In this document: in pieces, positions 10,425 to 19,828 of the stretch | How positions within the stretch are numbered: position 1 is the stretch's first letter | Layout: the number at the start of each line of letters is the position of its first letter | Source of the DNA: an uncultured delta proteobacterium | GTDB lineage: Bacteria; Desulfobacterota; Binatia; UBA9968 | NCBI GenBank assembly: GCA_963745035.1 | Contig: CAVUVW010000013.1 | Coordinates: 1,184,001-1,248,000 of the forward strand | DNA: 64,000 bases | Direction of reading: 5' to 3' | The notes under the pieces: generated by a model | Told to the model about the DNA's origin: nothing | Seen by the model: only the letters and a program-made list of their open reading frames with translations | The model's database searches: none | Position numbers and translations under genes: made by a program

Positions 10425-11465
10425 TCACTTCGCCAACAGCGTTTTCATCTTGGCGATCACATCGGGCGATTGGCTGGTGACCTCCTTGGCGAGCTTTTCA
10501 AGCTCTTCGGCGCTCGAAGGGTCGAGCTCCAGCTTTTGCTTCGCCGCATCCGCTTTGACGGCTTCATCGTTCAAGGTTTTTTCGAACGCCGCGCGCATCG
10601 TTTTGACGTGCTCCGCGGGCGTGTTCGGCGGCATGACGTAGGGGCGGCCGAAATCGCCGGCCGCGAGCACCAGGGTTGCCAGGCTCCGGTCCGCCGGCGA
10701 AGATTTATATTGGTCCATAAGCTCATAGATCGTTGGCACGTCCGGGATGCGCTTGTCCCGCTTCCGTCCGGTTTGCATCAGCACATTGACGAATTTTTTC
10801 TTGCGCCAGGTCGTAAACGGCTCGCGGGCGAAAAACGCCGTCAAGGTAAACGAGCGGCAGACCACTTCATTGCGCTCGACGGCGAGGTCGATGTCCTGGC
10901 CCGACTGGTAGCCGAGGACGATCTCAAAGTTGGTGCCGATCGCTTCGTCCAAGAGTTTCGGCACGTAGTACGCGGTCGAGCTGGTGCCGGTGGCGCCGCA
11001 TTTGGGCGGCGGCGAAGCCTTCACCACGTCGTGAATGGTTTTGAAGCGGGAATCGGCGCGCATATAGAGCAGGTGATTCGACGTCACCGGGCTACCGATC
11101 CAGGCGAATTTGCTCCAGTCGAATTTCACTTCCGGACGCTGCACGACCTGATCGAAGTAGAGCGCGGGAAATATCGCGCCCATCGTCAGGCCGTCCGGAT
11201 TGGAAACGTTATAGACGAAATTCGCGGCGATCATGGAGCCCGCTCCGGCCATGTTTTGCACGATGATATTGGGATTGCCGGGAATGTATTTCGGCATATG
11301 CTGCGCGAACAGGCGCGCATAAAGATCGTATACGTCGCCCGCCTTGGTGCCGGCGACGATGGTGATCGTCTTTCCCGCGTAATAAGGCTTTTGCGCCATA
11401 CCCGGCGCGGTCCACAGAAGTATTACTAGCGCTGTCAAAATCACGCTGCTCGATCGTTGGAACAT
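10425..11465 (-). CDS. Tripartite tricarboxylate transporter substrate-binding protein (Bug/TctC family)
   Basis: Signal peptide; IVQNMAGAGSMIAAN, PDGLT and IPDVPT motifs; AGGAGG RBS. Confidence 0.88.
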   Translation of the reverse strand: MFQRSSSVILTALVILLWTAPGMAQKPYYAGKTITIVAGTKAGDVYDLYARLFAQHMPKYIPGNPNIIVQNMAGAGSMIAANFVYNVSNPDGLTMGAIFPALYFDQVVQRPEVKFDWSKFAWIGSPVTSNHLLYMRADSRFKTIHDVVKASPPPKCGATGTSSTAYYVPKLLDEAIGTNFEIVLGYQSGQDIDLAVERNEVVCRSFTLTAFFAREPFTTWRKKKFVNVLMQTGRKRDKRIPDVPTIYELMDQYKSSPADRSLATLVLAAGDFGRPYVMPPNTPAEHVKTMRAAFEKTLNDEAVKADAAKQKLELDPSSAEELEKLAKEVTSQSPDVIAKMKTLLAK

Positions 11466-11502
11466 AGGTGTCCTCCTGATTTTTTTGGATCGACTGTGTT
11501 GC

Positions 11503-11645
11503 TATTTCTTGCCCCAGAAGTTTTTTCACCCGCGTTACCACGCCGGGCGGCTGGCTCAACATTTTTTCGGCAAGCGATTGCAGTTCTTCGCCCGAGACAT
11601 ACTCGACGTCCAATTTCGTTTTCTTGGCTTCATCAACAAGAGCAT
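11503..11645 (-). pseudogene. C-terminal remnant of a second TctC/Bug paralog
   Basis: LVDEAKKTKLDVEYVSGEELQSLAEKMLSQPPGVVTRVKKLLG aligns by eye with the C-terminus of the adjacent TctC (ADAAKQKLELDPSSAEELEKLAKEVTSQSPDVIAKMKTLLA); no N-terminal part. Confidence 0.65.
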
Positions 11646-11827
11646 GCCCGCCGTTTTCATGGGGATTTACTCCTCTCTCGCAATGATCGACGATTTCTAA
11701 AATGCACACTGCAAAAGCTTCCCGCGTCGAAAGCACAATGCCGCATCAAGCCCGGCCAAAACTCATTCCTCATAGCGTGCTCCATTTCTAAGCTCGCTTC
11801 GCGGTGTCGATTGGCAAAACCATGCCG

Positions 11828-12855
11828 TCAATATTTCTTGCTCGTGGTGTCCGCGCCGTAGAGCTTGGCGAGAAAACCGCTCGTCTTAAGATTGTTAACG
11901 AAGCGGAGATCGACGAAATCTTCCGGCTTGGCGCTTCGCCGGCTTTGGGGTCCCAGGAGGCTTGCACCGCCAGGGTGTCGCTCAATCCCTCGAGAGTGGG
12001 ACGCATGTCCTCCTCGAGAAGCTCCGAGTACGCCACCCATGAACCTTCAAGGACATCGGGTTTCGCCCCCCGCGTATATTTCGCCATGATCCGAATCGTT
12101 TCTTTCTTGTTCGTCTTGAAGAAGTGAACCGCGTTAGCCATCGCCTGGACCATCTTCTCAACCGTTTCGGGACGCTCGCGTATAATCTTTCCAGACGTGA
12201 CCGTGCAGCTAAATTGGAAGGGGATTTTGAGCTTAGCCATGTCGATGATCAGCTTCATTCCCGCCTTTTCGCCCTGAATTTTCCCCGGCTCGGTAACCAT
12301 GGTGAAGTCGGTTTGCCCGTTGATAACGGCGGCAACTCGCGCCGGCGAACCGCCGACCATGACGGCTTGGATGTCTTTATAGTCGATGCCGAATTTACGC
12401 AGCGCCAATCGCACTGCGAAATCAGCGGATGTACCGGGAATGTGAGTGGCTAGAGTCCGTCCTTTGAGGTCCTCGGGCGATTTAATCTTCGGGCTGCCGA
12501 TAATGTAGTAAGGCAGTGTGTTGACGAGGCTGTCGATGATCACGATATCGCCGCCGGCTAATTTGCCATTGATCGCGGAGGTGCCCACAGCGCCGGCGAA
12601 TTCGATATCGCCGGCAACTAAGCTTTGGACGCCTCGCGTGCTGCCGTTGATGAAGATCAGCTCGACGTCGAGCCCGTGCTTTTTGTAAAGGTTCGCTTCT
12701 TTGGCGATCCAATAAGGAGCCGACGATCCCGGCGAGTCCGAGATATAAGCCATGCGAATTTTTTGATCCGCTCGTGCAAGTGTAAGGGGCATCAAGTAGC
12801 CGGCGGTGACGATCAGGACGGCTAGAGCGCGCTTCAGTGAAAATATTCGCGGCAT
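11828..12855 (-). CDS. ABC transporter substrate-binding protein (NMT1/THI5/SsuA-like), frameshift near 11935
   Basis: Signal peptide; HGLDVELIFING and IKSPEDLKGRT motifs; the conserved tail KPEDFVDLRFV is in another frame ending at 11828. Confidence 0.85.
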
Positions 12856-12933
12856 GGAGACCTCCTTTTTTTCTTCTCGGCTTGGACTTTCGAAAATTCG
12901 CTGCTTGCCCGACTCGAAATTTCCGCGCGCCCC

Positions 12934-13419
12934 CTAGTCAGCGCGCACGCGATACGTCCGCAACTGTCCTTCCTGGAGATAAACGTCCCGGATCAGCACA
13001 ATGCGGCCTTTCCAACGCGCCAGGATCGTATAGCCGCCGGCCGGCAGTTGGATATAAAACCACGGCGCGCGGAGCGGTATCTTCTCGACCGAACGGCCGT
13101 GATTGGCGCCGATCACCACAAAGTCGGGTACGACCAAAGTGCCGGCCCCGCTCGCGAACACCAATTTGAGATTGTAAGAATGGGAGGCGCGCTCCATGGC
13201 GCGTTGCTCGTCAAAGCTGATGCCGCCGCTTTGATAAGGATAGCCGGCTGCGGTGCGGCCCCGTGTTACGTTCGCTTTCGGAAACGACGGGTAAAGCGAG
13301 TGCGCGGCGGCAACCGGCGCCAGCAAGAGCGCGATCGCAAAGAGCGCCGCCGGCCGCTTCGAGCGGCGCGAAAACCCGAGTAGCAGGGACTCTTGGATCA
13401 TCATCGCCGCGCTTTTCAC
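12934..13419 (-). CDS. Hypothetical exported protein (beta-sandwich/carboxypeptidase regulatory-like)
   Basis: Hydrophobic signal ending AAA; YQSGGISFDEQRAM, YNLKLVFA and PWFYIQLPAGGY motifs. Confidence 0.6.
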   Translation of the reverse strand: MKSAAMMIQESLLLGFSRRSKRPAALFAIALLLAPVAAAHSLYPSFPKANVTRGRTAAGYPYQSGGISFDEQRAMERASHSYNLKLVFASGAGTLVVPDFVVIGANHGRSVEKIPLRAPWFYIQLPAGGYTILARWKGRIVLIRDVYLQEGQLRTYRVRAD

Positions 13420-13425
13420 TCGCTG

Positions 13426-13830
13426 CTACCTCCGATGGCCCGGCGGCGCTGCGGGCCTGCCGTGCAACTGTTTTTGCAGTTGGCGCCGGGTAACGATCTG
13501 CGTGCCTTCGATGGGATGCTCCAGCAGTTGGTGGAGAAAGCGATTGGTCTGCGTTCCGAGACGGTCGATCACGATGGTGATCATCATGGAGCGGTTGACA
13601 TCGCGCAGATTGAAGACCGTTTCGGCGACGTTGACGAGAGAGCCCTTCGATACCAGCACGGCGGCATCGAAGATCTCATGACGCGCGCGCTCCAGCGCCG
13701 CCTCACCGTCGCTTACCCGGGTCACACGGGCGCCGATGGACTGAAAGCGTCTTTCGAGAACCTGCTTCGCGTCGAAGCCGACCAGCATGATTGTGCCACC
13801 TCCGGCGCCGGTAGTGCGTTCCGACGACAT
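13426..13830 (-). CDS. Hypothetical protein with degenerate receiver-like fold
   Basis: IMLVG...VTRVSDGEAALERARHEIFDAAVLV resembles a CheY fold lacking the phospho-Asp; start placed at MSSERT. Confidence 0.5.
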   Translation of the reverse strand: MSSERTTGAGGGTIMLVGFDAKQVLERRFQSIGARVTRVSDGEAALERARHEIFDAAVLVSKGSLVNVAETVFNLRDVNRSMMITIVIDRLGTQTNRFLHQLLEHPIEGTQIVTRRQLQKQLHGRPAAPPGHRR

Positions 13831-13941
13831 CGCTGCTAATCGCACGCGCGGGCCGTTTCTATTGACGACCGGCGCGCTCAGAACTCCGCCTGCTTTTTGT
13901 CGACCCGCGTTGCCGCATGGATGCAACGCCGGCCGCGCCCA

Positions 13942-14364
13942 TCAGATGCTCACGCGGTGGTGCTTTACACGATATTGGTAGCGCAGCGGCTCGCGGATGC
14001 GTTTGCGCGGGCCGCTGCCCGCCTCGTGGTTGACGCGCCACTGCATCACGCCGATTCTCAGATAATTGGCGTTGATGTTCAGCGCTTCGCAGATATGCTC
14101 GAAAGAATAGGGCCACGAGGATTCGCGGCTGGCGATCCAAGCTTCGGCGTTGACGAAGAGCTTGCGGCCCTTGCGGCTGGTGGCTCCGAAATATTTTTGA
14201 AAGCACTCGATGGCGTCGGTCAACACCGCGAGCATGAGGCGTTGTTCCGGCTCCGCGCGCGATTTCTGCCGAAATACTTTGAAAAACTGGTGCCCCGTGA
14301 GAATGTCCGGTTCAAAATACGAGCTCGGGGCGAGCGGCTTTTCCGTGACGGTCGGCTTGGGCAT
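13942..14364 (-). CDS. Conserved hypothetical protein (EPEQRLMLAVL...FEHICEAL motif)
   Basis: Clean 140-aa ORF with AGGAGG RBS; helical, with a basic C-terminus. Confidence 0.75.
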   Translation of the reverse strand: MPKPTVTEKPLAPSSYFEPDILTGHQFFKVFRQKSRAEPEQRLMLAVLTDAIECFQKYFGATSRKGRKLFVNAEAWIASRESSWPYSFEHICEALNINANYLRIGVMQWRVNHEAGSGPRKRIREPLRYQYRVKHHRVSI

Positions 14365-14388
14365 CGGTTCCCTCCTATGGCAAGCCCA

Positions 14389-14404
14389 CGCAAGAAGGAA
14401 ACCA
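14389..14404 (-). promoter_or_regulatory. Putative sigma-54 -24/-12 promoter
   Basis: Minus strand TGGTTTCCTTCTTGCG (GG-N8-TTGC); predicted +1 near 14378, just ahead of the RBS. Confidence 0.5.
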
Positions 14405-14636
14405 TCATGGAATTTTGGCGAAGTTTCAGCGACTTGGAGTAATTGCCTCCGATAAAGATCGGCTCTTTTAGGGAATCAGGTAACCGATCTTCACACTGCG
14501 CCGCCCGATTGCGGCGAGCGTGTAAACATCTTGCTCACAGGCTCGTGAGGCGATGACTTGGTGGATCGAAAAGTGGCTGCATTTTGAAACAGTTAGGAAG
14601 ATGCCGATTTCGCGTCCATGCGCACAATTTGCACAC

Positions 14637-16017
14637 TCAGCCCAACTCGAACTTCTTCATCTTGTTGTAGAGCGCGCGGCGGCTGATGCCGAGAATGCTC
14701 GCCGCCAATTTCTTGTTGCCGCCCATGTGCGAAAGCGTGGCCCGGATAAACTCCTTCTGGACGGCGCGCAGGGAGGCGCCGACGCGAAATGAGCAGGTCG
14801 GCTCGCAGCGGCCGTCGCTGCCCGACACTACGTGCCTGATGCGTTCGGGAATAAACTCCGGCTTGAGCTCCTTGCCGTCGGCCATCAGCAGCGCGGTCTG
14901 GATGACGTTTTTGAGCTCGCGCACGTTTCCCGGCCAAGGGTAGCGGCGCAGAAGCCGATACGTTTCCGGCGAAACTCGCTCGATGTCTTTTCCATATACC
15001 GCGGCAAAACGCGCCACGAAATGATCGGTGAGCACCGTGATGGCGCCGGGCACGCGCTCGCGCAGCGGCGGCACGTTGATATGGAAGACGTTCAGCCGAT
15101 AGAAAAGATCCTCGCGAAAGCGCCTCTCCGCGACGTTCTTTTCCAGGTCTTCATTGGTCGCGGCGATAATGCGCACGTCGACGCCGATGTTTTTGCTCCC
15201 GCCGACCCGGCGAAACGTTTTCTCCTCGAGGACGCGCAGGAGACTCACCTGGGATTTTTCGTCCATGGTGGCAATTTCGTCGAGAAACACGGTGCCGCGA
15301 TCGGCCTGCTCGAAGATCCCGGGCCGGGTATCCTGAGCGCCGGTGAAGGCGCCGCGCTCATGACCGAAAAGCTCGCTGGCGATCAGCTCGCGCGCGATCG
15401 CGCCGGTGTTGACCGGGATGTACGGGTGATTCATGCGCGGGCTGCGCTTGTGAATGGCGGCGGCGATAAGGTCTTTGCCGGTGCCGGTCTCGCCGGTGAT
15501 CAAAACCGGAATATCGACCGCCGCCGCGTCCATGACGCTCCGAATCACCGCGCGCATCGGCAGGCCCACCGCGATCATCCCTTCGAATTCGATGGGCAAG
15601 AAGCTCATCTCGCCCGTGCGGAGCTGGCCGACGCCGTCGGTCGCGTCAAAGAGCTAAATGGTTCTCGATCAGCGATATCAGGTCCTCATCGCTGAGCGAT
15701 CGTTCTTTGACGCACACGCTGGCGGCGTCGAACATTGCGGCGTCGAAGCTCCCCGGCTCGGCGAGCACAATCATTCGCGTTCCGAACACTCTGGTCGAAA
15801 ACTCGCGGCTGCTTACCCCTCCCGCCCTATCCGCGATACTCCAGACGATCAGGTCGAACTTGTGGTTGGCCAGCTTCTCGAACGCTGCTTCGATGCAGGG
15901 CGCAGATTTGACTTTTACGTCCGCGTTGAGCTTGCATCGCAGCAGCGCCTGAGTGCGGCCCTCTTTTTCGATTACGAGAATTCGCATCATAGTCGCCTCG
16001 GCTACACAAGAATTCAT
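14637..16017 (-). CDS. Sigma-54-dependent enhancer-binding protein (pseudo-receiver + AAA+ + Fis HTH), split by a frameshift near 15650
   Basis: GETGTGKD, ELFGHERGAFTGA, FLDEI, FREDLFYRLN and WPGNVREL motifs plus HTH; removing one base fuses the receiver-like ORF 15646-16017 in frame. Confidence 0.85.
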
Positions 16018-16221
16018 CTACTCTTAAAGTAGTATTGCGTCAACCTCATTGCAATTCAAATTTCAGCAAATTGAGGACCTATTTGTCAAATTCTTCTTAT
16101 TATGTAACAGATCTGGATGATATAGAGGCATGCTCACACGTCTGTGATATACAACTTTAGACTTAGATACTGAAAAGAACCACGCTGCGGCGTGACCATG
16201 TGGACTGAGTGAAATTGGAAT

Positions 16222-17673
16222 TTAACGGGCGGGGAGATTTGCCGATGCCTGATCGGTGGAATCCGATCCGGCCACTGTGCTGAGCAGTTGGGTGAGAATG
16301 AGCGTGTAGAGTCGGCGGTGCTCTTCCGAGGCCATGACTCCGTCGGCGGGAAGCTCGAAGTGCAGGCCCTTCGCCGCCAGCTTGAGAATGCCGTCGGCCT
16401 TTACCGGCCAGGCTCCGACTTCGAGCTCATCAAGAGGCTCGATGGCCAAATCGACGACGGCGATGTCGCGGCGCCCGACGAGCGCCTGATCGCGCAGGGA
16501 ACGGAACATGTCTTTGATCCGCTGCGCTTCTTTACTGGACAGCCCGACACTCGCCACTTCGATTCGCGTGCCGGCGTTTTGATGGATATCGACGTAGAGA
16601 TCGAGCTGGCCGCCGGCCGCTGCCAGCACGGATTTTTTGAACCGCTCGAAAGTCGTCTTGGCGCGCGCGGTCTGGATTTCGCCCCGGGTCAAAGAAACGT
16701 GCCGTTCGCTCGGCCGGTTGACGTTGATGCGCCAATCGTCACCGCTCTCCGTCGGGGTAAATCCGGTGGCAATCACCCCCGCAAGTCCCGCCCCGTGACA
16801 GATGCGCCGCACCACCCGCGCCGTGTGCACGTCGAAAGTTCCGTGCGGCGCGCCGACGACGACGCCGAGGACGCGGCGCCGCGATGGAATCGCTTCGATT
16901 TTGCCGTGGGGCAGGACGACAACTTCATACCGCGGCAGCGAAAGCGACCGCTGGGCGGCCAACTCGACGGCATCCTCGGTCCACTCCGCCAAGATCTTTC
17001 GATAGACCGGCGCGGCGTCGCCGCTCGCCACGCTAGTGGGAAGGCGTACACTGAGGCCGCGCTCGGCCGCCAACAATACGCCATGGTGCTTGGAAGCGCC
17101 GGCATCCCAGTCGATCTCGTCGAGCGGCTCGAGCGCCATGGCGATCCGCGCCACGCCGCTGTGAGCAAGGGTCACGTCGCGCCGCCGGTAAAACTTTTCT
17201 TTTAACGCTCGCAGTTGTTCAAACGACAGCCCGCTGCTGGCTACCTCGATGCGTTCTATCTCCCTTTTCGTGCCGGCGACGCGGATACCGATATAAAATC
17301 GCAGCGGCCCGTTGGCGGCGCGCTGCAGCAAGGATTTGAATTCCGGATAGATGCTGCCGCGCCGACCCAACGCGGTGCCGGTGCGGCGCACCAAGGGCTC
17401 GCTGACCGGAACACGCTTTGAGCCAAAGCCGTACGCGATCACCACGCCCGCGCCGGTTCGAGCGGCGATGCCGTCGGCGTAGCCGACCGCCGCCGGCTCG
17501 GCGAGCCCGTGCGGAACGCCGACGACAACGCCGTCTTTTTGCGATCTGCGATATTCGATGCGGCCTATGCCGCTGATGGATTGCTGCTGCTGGAGCGGCT
17601 GGAGGCTACAGCCGCTCCAGAGCATTAGAGACACCGCGAGAACCAGCCACCGGAAGGAGTTGCCGTTGGCCAT
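16222..17673 (-). CDS. Putative lipoprotein with two tandem homologous hydrolase-like domains
   Basis: Lipobox-like LWSGC; repeated VVVG(V/A)PHG...VIA(Y/T)GF...IEVAS.GLS...EPLDE in both halves; start at MANGNS. Confidence 0.7.
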   Translation of the reverse strand: MANGNSFRWLVLAVSLMLWSGCSLQPLQQQQSISGIGRIEYRRSQKDGVVVGVPHGLAEPAAVGYADGIAARTGAGVVIAYGFGSKRVPVSEPLVRRTGTALGRRGSIYPEFKSLLQRAANGPLRFYIGIRVAGTKREIERIEVASSGLSFEQLRALKEKFYRRRDVTLAHSGVARIAMALEPLDEIDWDAGASKHHGVLLAAERGLSVRLPTSVASGDAAPVYRKILAEWTEDAVELAAQRSLSLPRYEVVVLPHGKIEAIPSRRRVLGVVVGAPHGTFDVHTARVVRRICHGAGLAGVIATGFTPTESGDDWRINVNRPSERHVSLTRGEIQTARAKTTFERFKKSVLAAAGGQLDLYVDIHQNAGTRIEVASVGLSSKEAQRIKDMFRSLRDQALVGRRDIAVVDLAIEPLDELEVGAWPVKADGILKLAAKGLHFELPADGVMASEEHRRLYTLILTQLLSTVAGSDSTDQASANLPAR

Positions 17674-17767
17674 CTCTGGATGAGCGGCGTCCGCGAGGGC
17701 TGTAGCGGAGCATATAGAGCAGTAAGCTTGGAGGAACTCACGTCTCCGCCCGCCGCAGCCATGAAAC

Positions 17768-19279
17768 TTAGAACTGATATCTCCAGTTGAGGAACACATC
17801 GACCCAGTCGCCGCCCTTACCATTACGGCAACCACCGGAATTGATGTTATTCGTCGAACAGATACCGAGATCATGCGCCTCTTGGTTCAAGCCATTGCGC
17901 AAATTCGATGCATCGTACCATAGCACGCTGCCGCCGATGCTCATGCGCGGCGCGATGAAGTACCACAAATCCCATTCTCGAAGAATGACTCGAGTTCGAT
18001 GAAAATCACCGCTGTTGATGCCGGAACACAACGCCGCGGTTTCGCAGGACATATCGACCCGCTCGAAGTGAGTCCCGATCAGGATGGATCCCGTCGTAGT
18101 AGCAGAACCGGTAAGCCAGCCTTTCGGGCTCCACAAGAACAAATCGTGACCAATCAGAAAACTATGAGCGCTTTTCTTGCCTGTCGTACCACCGCGGTCC
18201 TCGCTCTGTTGGAAAGACCCCATCACGCGCGCAGTGTACGGACCGACGTTCCACACGATGCCAGGGCCGTGCGCGCGATGCAGGCCATCGCCGATGCTGT
18301 CACTGCCCGTATCGTACAGGGTTTGTCGACCACCGCCGCGTGCGTTGTCCCGGATTCGATAACGGCTGCAGCCGTTGTCGTTTGCCCGGTTATCGACGTT
18401 ACAGAACCACGAGCCGTATTCAAACAGAAGACCACGAATCCATTTGTTCTTTAACTGTGAAAATGGTTCGACGCTCAGATAGACATTGAAGTCCTTGCGG
18501 TCGGTAAAGCTCTGTATCCCGTCGTCGCCTTCGGCGATCGCGGACATGCCTAGCTGAAATCGACTGATCCTCCCGGGAATGCCGATGCTACTCAGCGGCC
18601 TGTCATCCCAGTTCAACACGACGCCGCTGCCCGCACGGCCGGTATTAAAACCGTCGTTGGCGGTGTGCAAGTCATACTCAGCCTGAGCGCCCGTGGCGCC
18701 GGAACCTTGGCGAGCGCGAGAGCCGCCATGGGCGTTTTGCACTTCCATGCCAAATTGCACCATCGGAAGCCAGGGGTGAAGCTGCTCGGCGTCAAAACGC
18801 ACGGCGCCGCGCTGCAGTATGGACCCGCCTGGATCTCCGACGGTATTCTTGGCGTTGCCGCCGCCCCAACCGTCCAAGTCGATCGCCGCTTCGAGCTCCC
18901 AGAGGCAGTTATTGATGCAGTAGAAAAACCCTGGCCGAAAGCGGCGGCCTTCCAACTCGCCCTGGCTGCGGCCTGCCTGGTCACGCCCGCTTAAGAAGTT
19001 GTAACGGAAGTGGCTTTCCAGTGTAGCGCGGAAAGACCACGACTTGTCCGCCGCTTCGATATTTATTCCATTGCCCGGGCGGTAGCTGAAACTTGGCATC
19101 GCGGCCGCAGCCGCCGTCGCCTCCTTCTTCAACTCGATCTGCGCGTTCTCTAATGTAGCGAGTTTTTCCTTTAGCGCCTTGATTTCGTCATCGACGTTTT
19201 GTGATCGCGCCGTCGATACTACCGCCAATGACAGCATCAACGCGCCGGCAAGCGCGCCCATCCTCGATGAAGCCCCCAT
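17768..19279 (-). CDS. Outer-membrane beta-barrel porin (OprO/P-like architecture)
   Basis: Signal peptide, short coiled coil (EIKALKEKLATLE), alternating beta strands, C-terminal NWRYQF; GGAGGT RBS. Confidence 0.8.
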   Translation of the reverse strand: MGASSRMGALAGALMLSLAVVSTARSQNVDDEIKALKEKLATLENAQIELKKEATAAAAAMPSFSYRPGNGINIEAADKSWSFRATLESHFRYNFLSGRDQAGRSQGELEGRRFRPGFFYCINNCLWELEAAIDLDGWGGGNAKNTVGDPGGSILQRGAVRFDAEQLHPWLPMVQFGMEVQNAHGGSRARQGSGATGAQAEYDLHTANDGFNTGRAGSGVVLNWDDRPLSSIGIPGRISRFQLGMSAIAEGDDGIQSFTDRKDFNVYLSVEPFSQLKNKWIRGLLFEYGSWFCNVDNRANDNGCSRYRIRDNARGGGRQTLYDTGSDSIGDGLHRAHGPGIVWNVGPYTARVMGSFQQSEDRGGTTGKKSAHSFLIGHDLFLWSPKGWLTGSATTTGSILIGTHFERVDMSCETAALCSGINSGDFHRTRVILREWDLWYFIAPRMSIGGSVLWYDASNLRNGLNQEAHDLGICSTNNINSGGCRNGKGGDWVDVFLNWRYQF

Positions 19280-19348
19280 CATGCTACCTCCCATTATTTT
19301 TTTTTGCTTCTACGACGCCGCGGTCGAAGAAAGTCACGACGGTGCCGT

Positions 19349-19364
19349 TGCAACCGACGTGCCC
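19349..19364 (-). promoter_or_regulatory. Sigma-54 -24/-12 promoter of the porin operon
   Basis: Minus strand GGGCACGTCGGTTGCA versus consensus TGGCACG-N4-TTGCW; about 70 bp upstream of the start. Confidence 0.8.
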
Positions 19365-19449
19365 GTTTCCCAGCAGGACGCGTAATGGGAATATTGCCAA
19401 GCGCTTTGAGCGTTTAGCTCAAAGCGCACATCGTGGGCGCGAGAAATTC

Positions 19450-19500
19450 ATGTAACCATGGTGCACATGGAAAACGGCGGGATGTGTACGTTCTTCACAT
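19450..19500. promoter_or_regulatory. Tandem upstream activator sites (ATGT-N11-ACAT x2)
   Basis: ATGTAACCATGGTGCACAT (19450) and ATGTGTACGTTCTTCACAT (19482), 32 bp apart and about 85-135 bp upstream of the -24 box. Confidence 0.65.
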
Positions 19501-19828
19501 TGCGCGCGTTTCAGCGCGCAGCGGCAGCAGCGCTGAGTCTACTTCGCGCGGGAAAAATCGGCGGTACGAACGACAAGCATCATCGTGCCGCCGATTGTGC
19601 AGCTCGCAAAAATTGCTCGTCGCATCTCGGTGATCGAATCGCAAGCGCCGTTGGCTCGAGGGTCTTATCGCTTAAGAAAAAAGAAATGATACGCGCGGGC
19701 TTGCGCGCGTGGATCGCAGGGCTTGCGCGCGAGCGCGCTCACGACCGCATCGCTCCATGCACCCCGTACGGCTAGGGCGCGAGCTTTGGAGCAAAAGCAG
19801 CAGCCAAATGCTTCACTGCTCTGCGCAG

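Noticed and set aside
11647-19481. 12-bp inverted match (CCCGCCGTTTTC at 11647 / GAAAACGGCGGG at 19470) bracketing the sigma-54 block
   Set aside because: Many 12-bp matches are expected by chance in 64 kb of GC-rich DNA, and there is no integrase, transposase or target duplication. The position at the TctC truncation is suggestive only.
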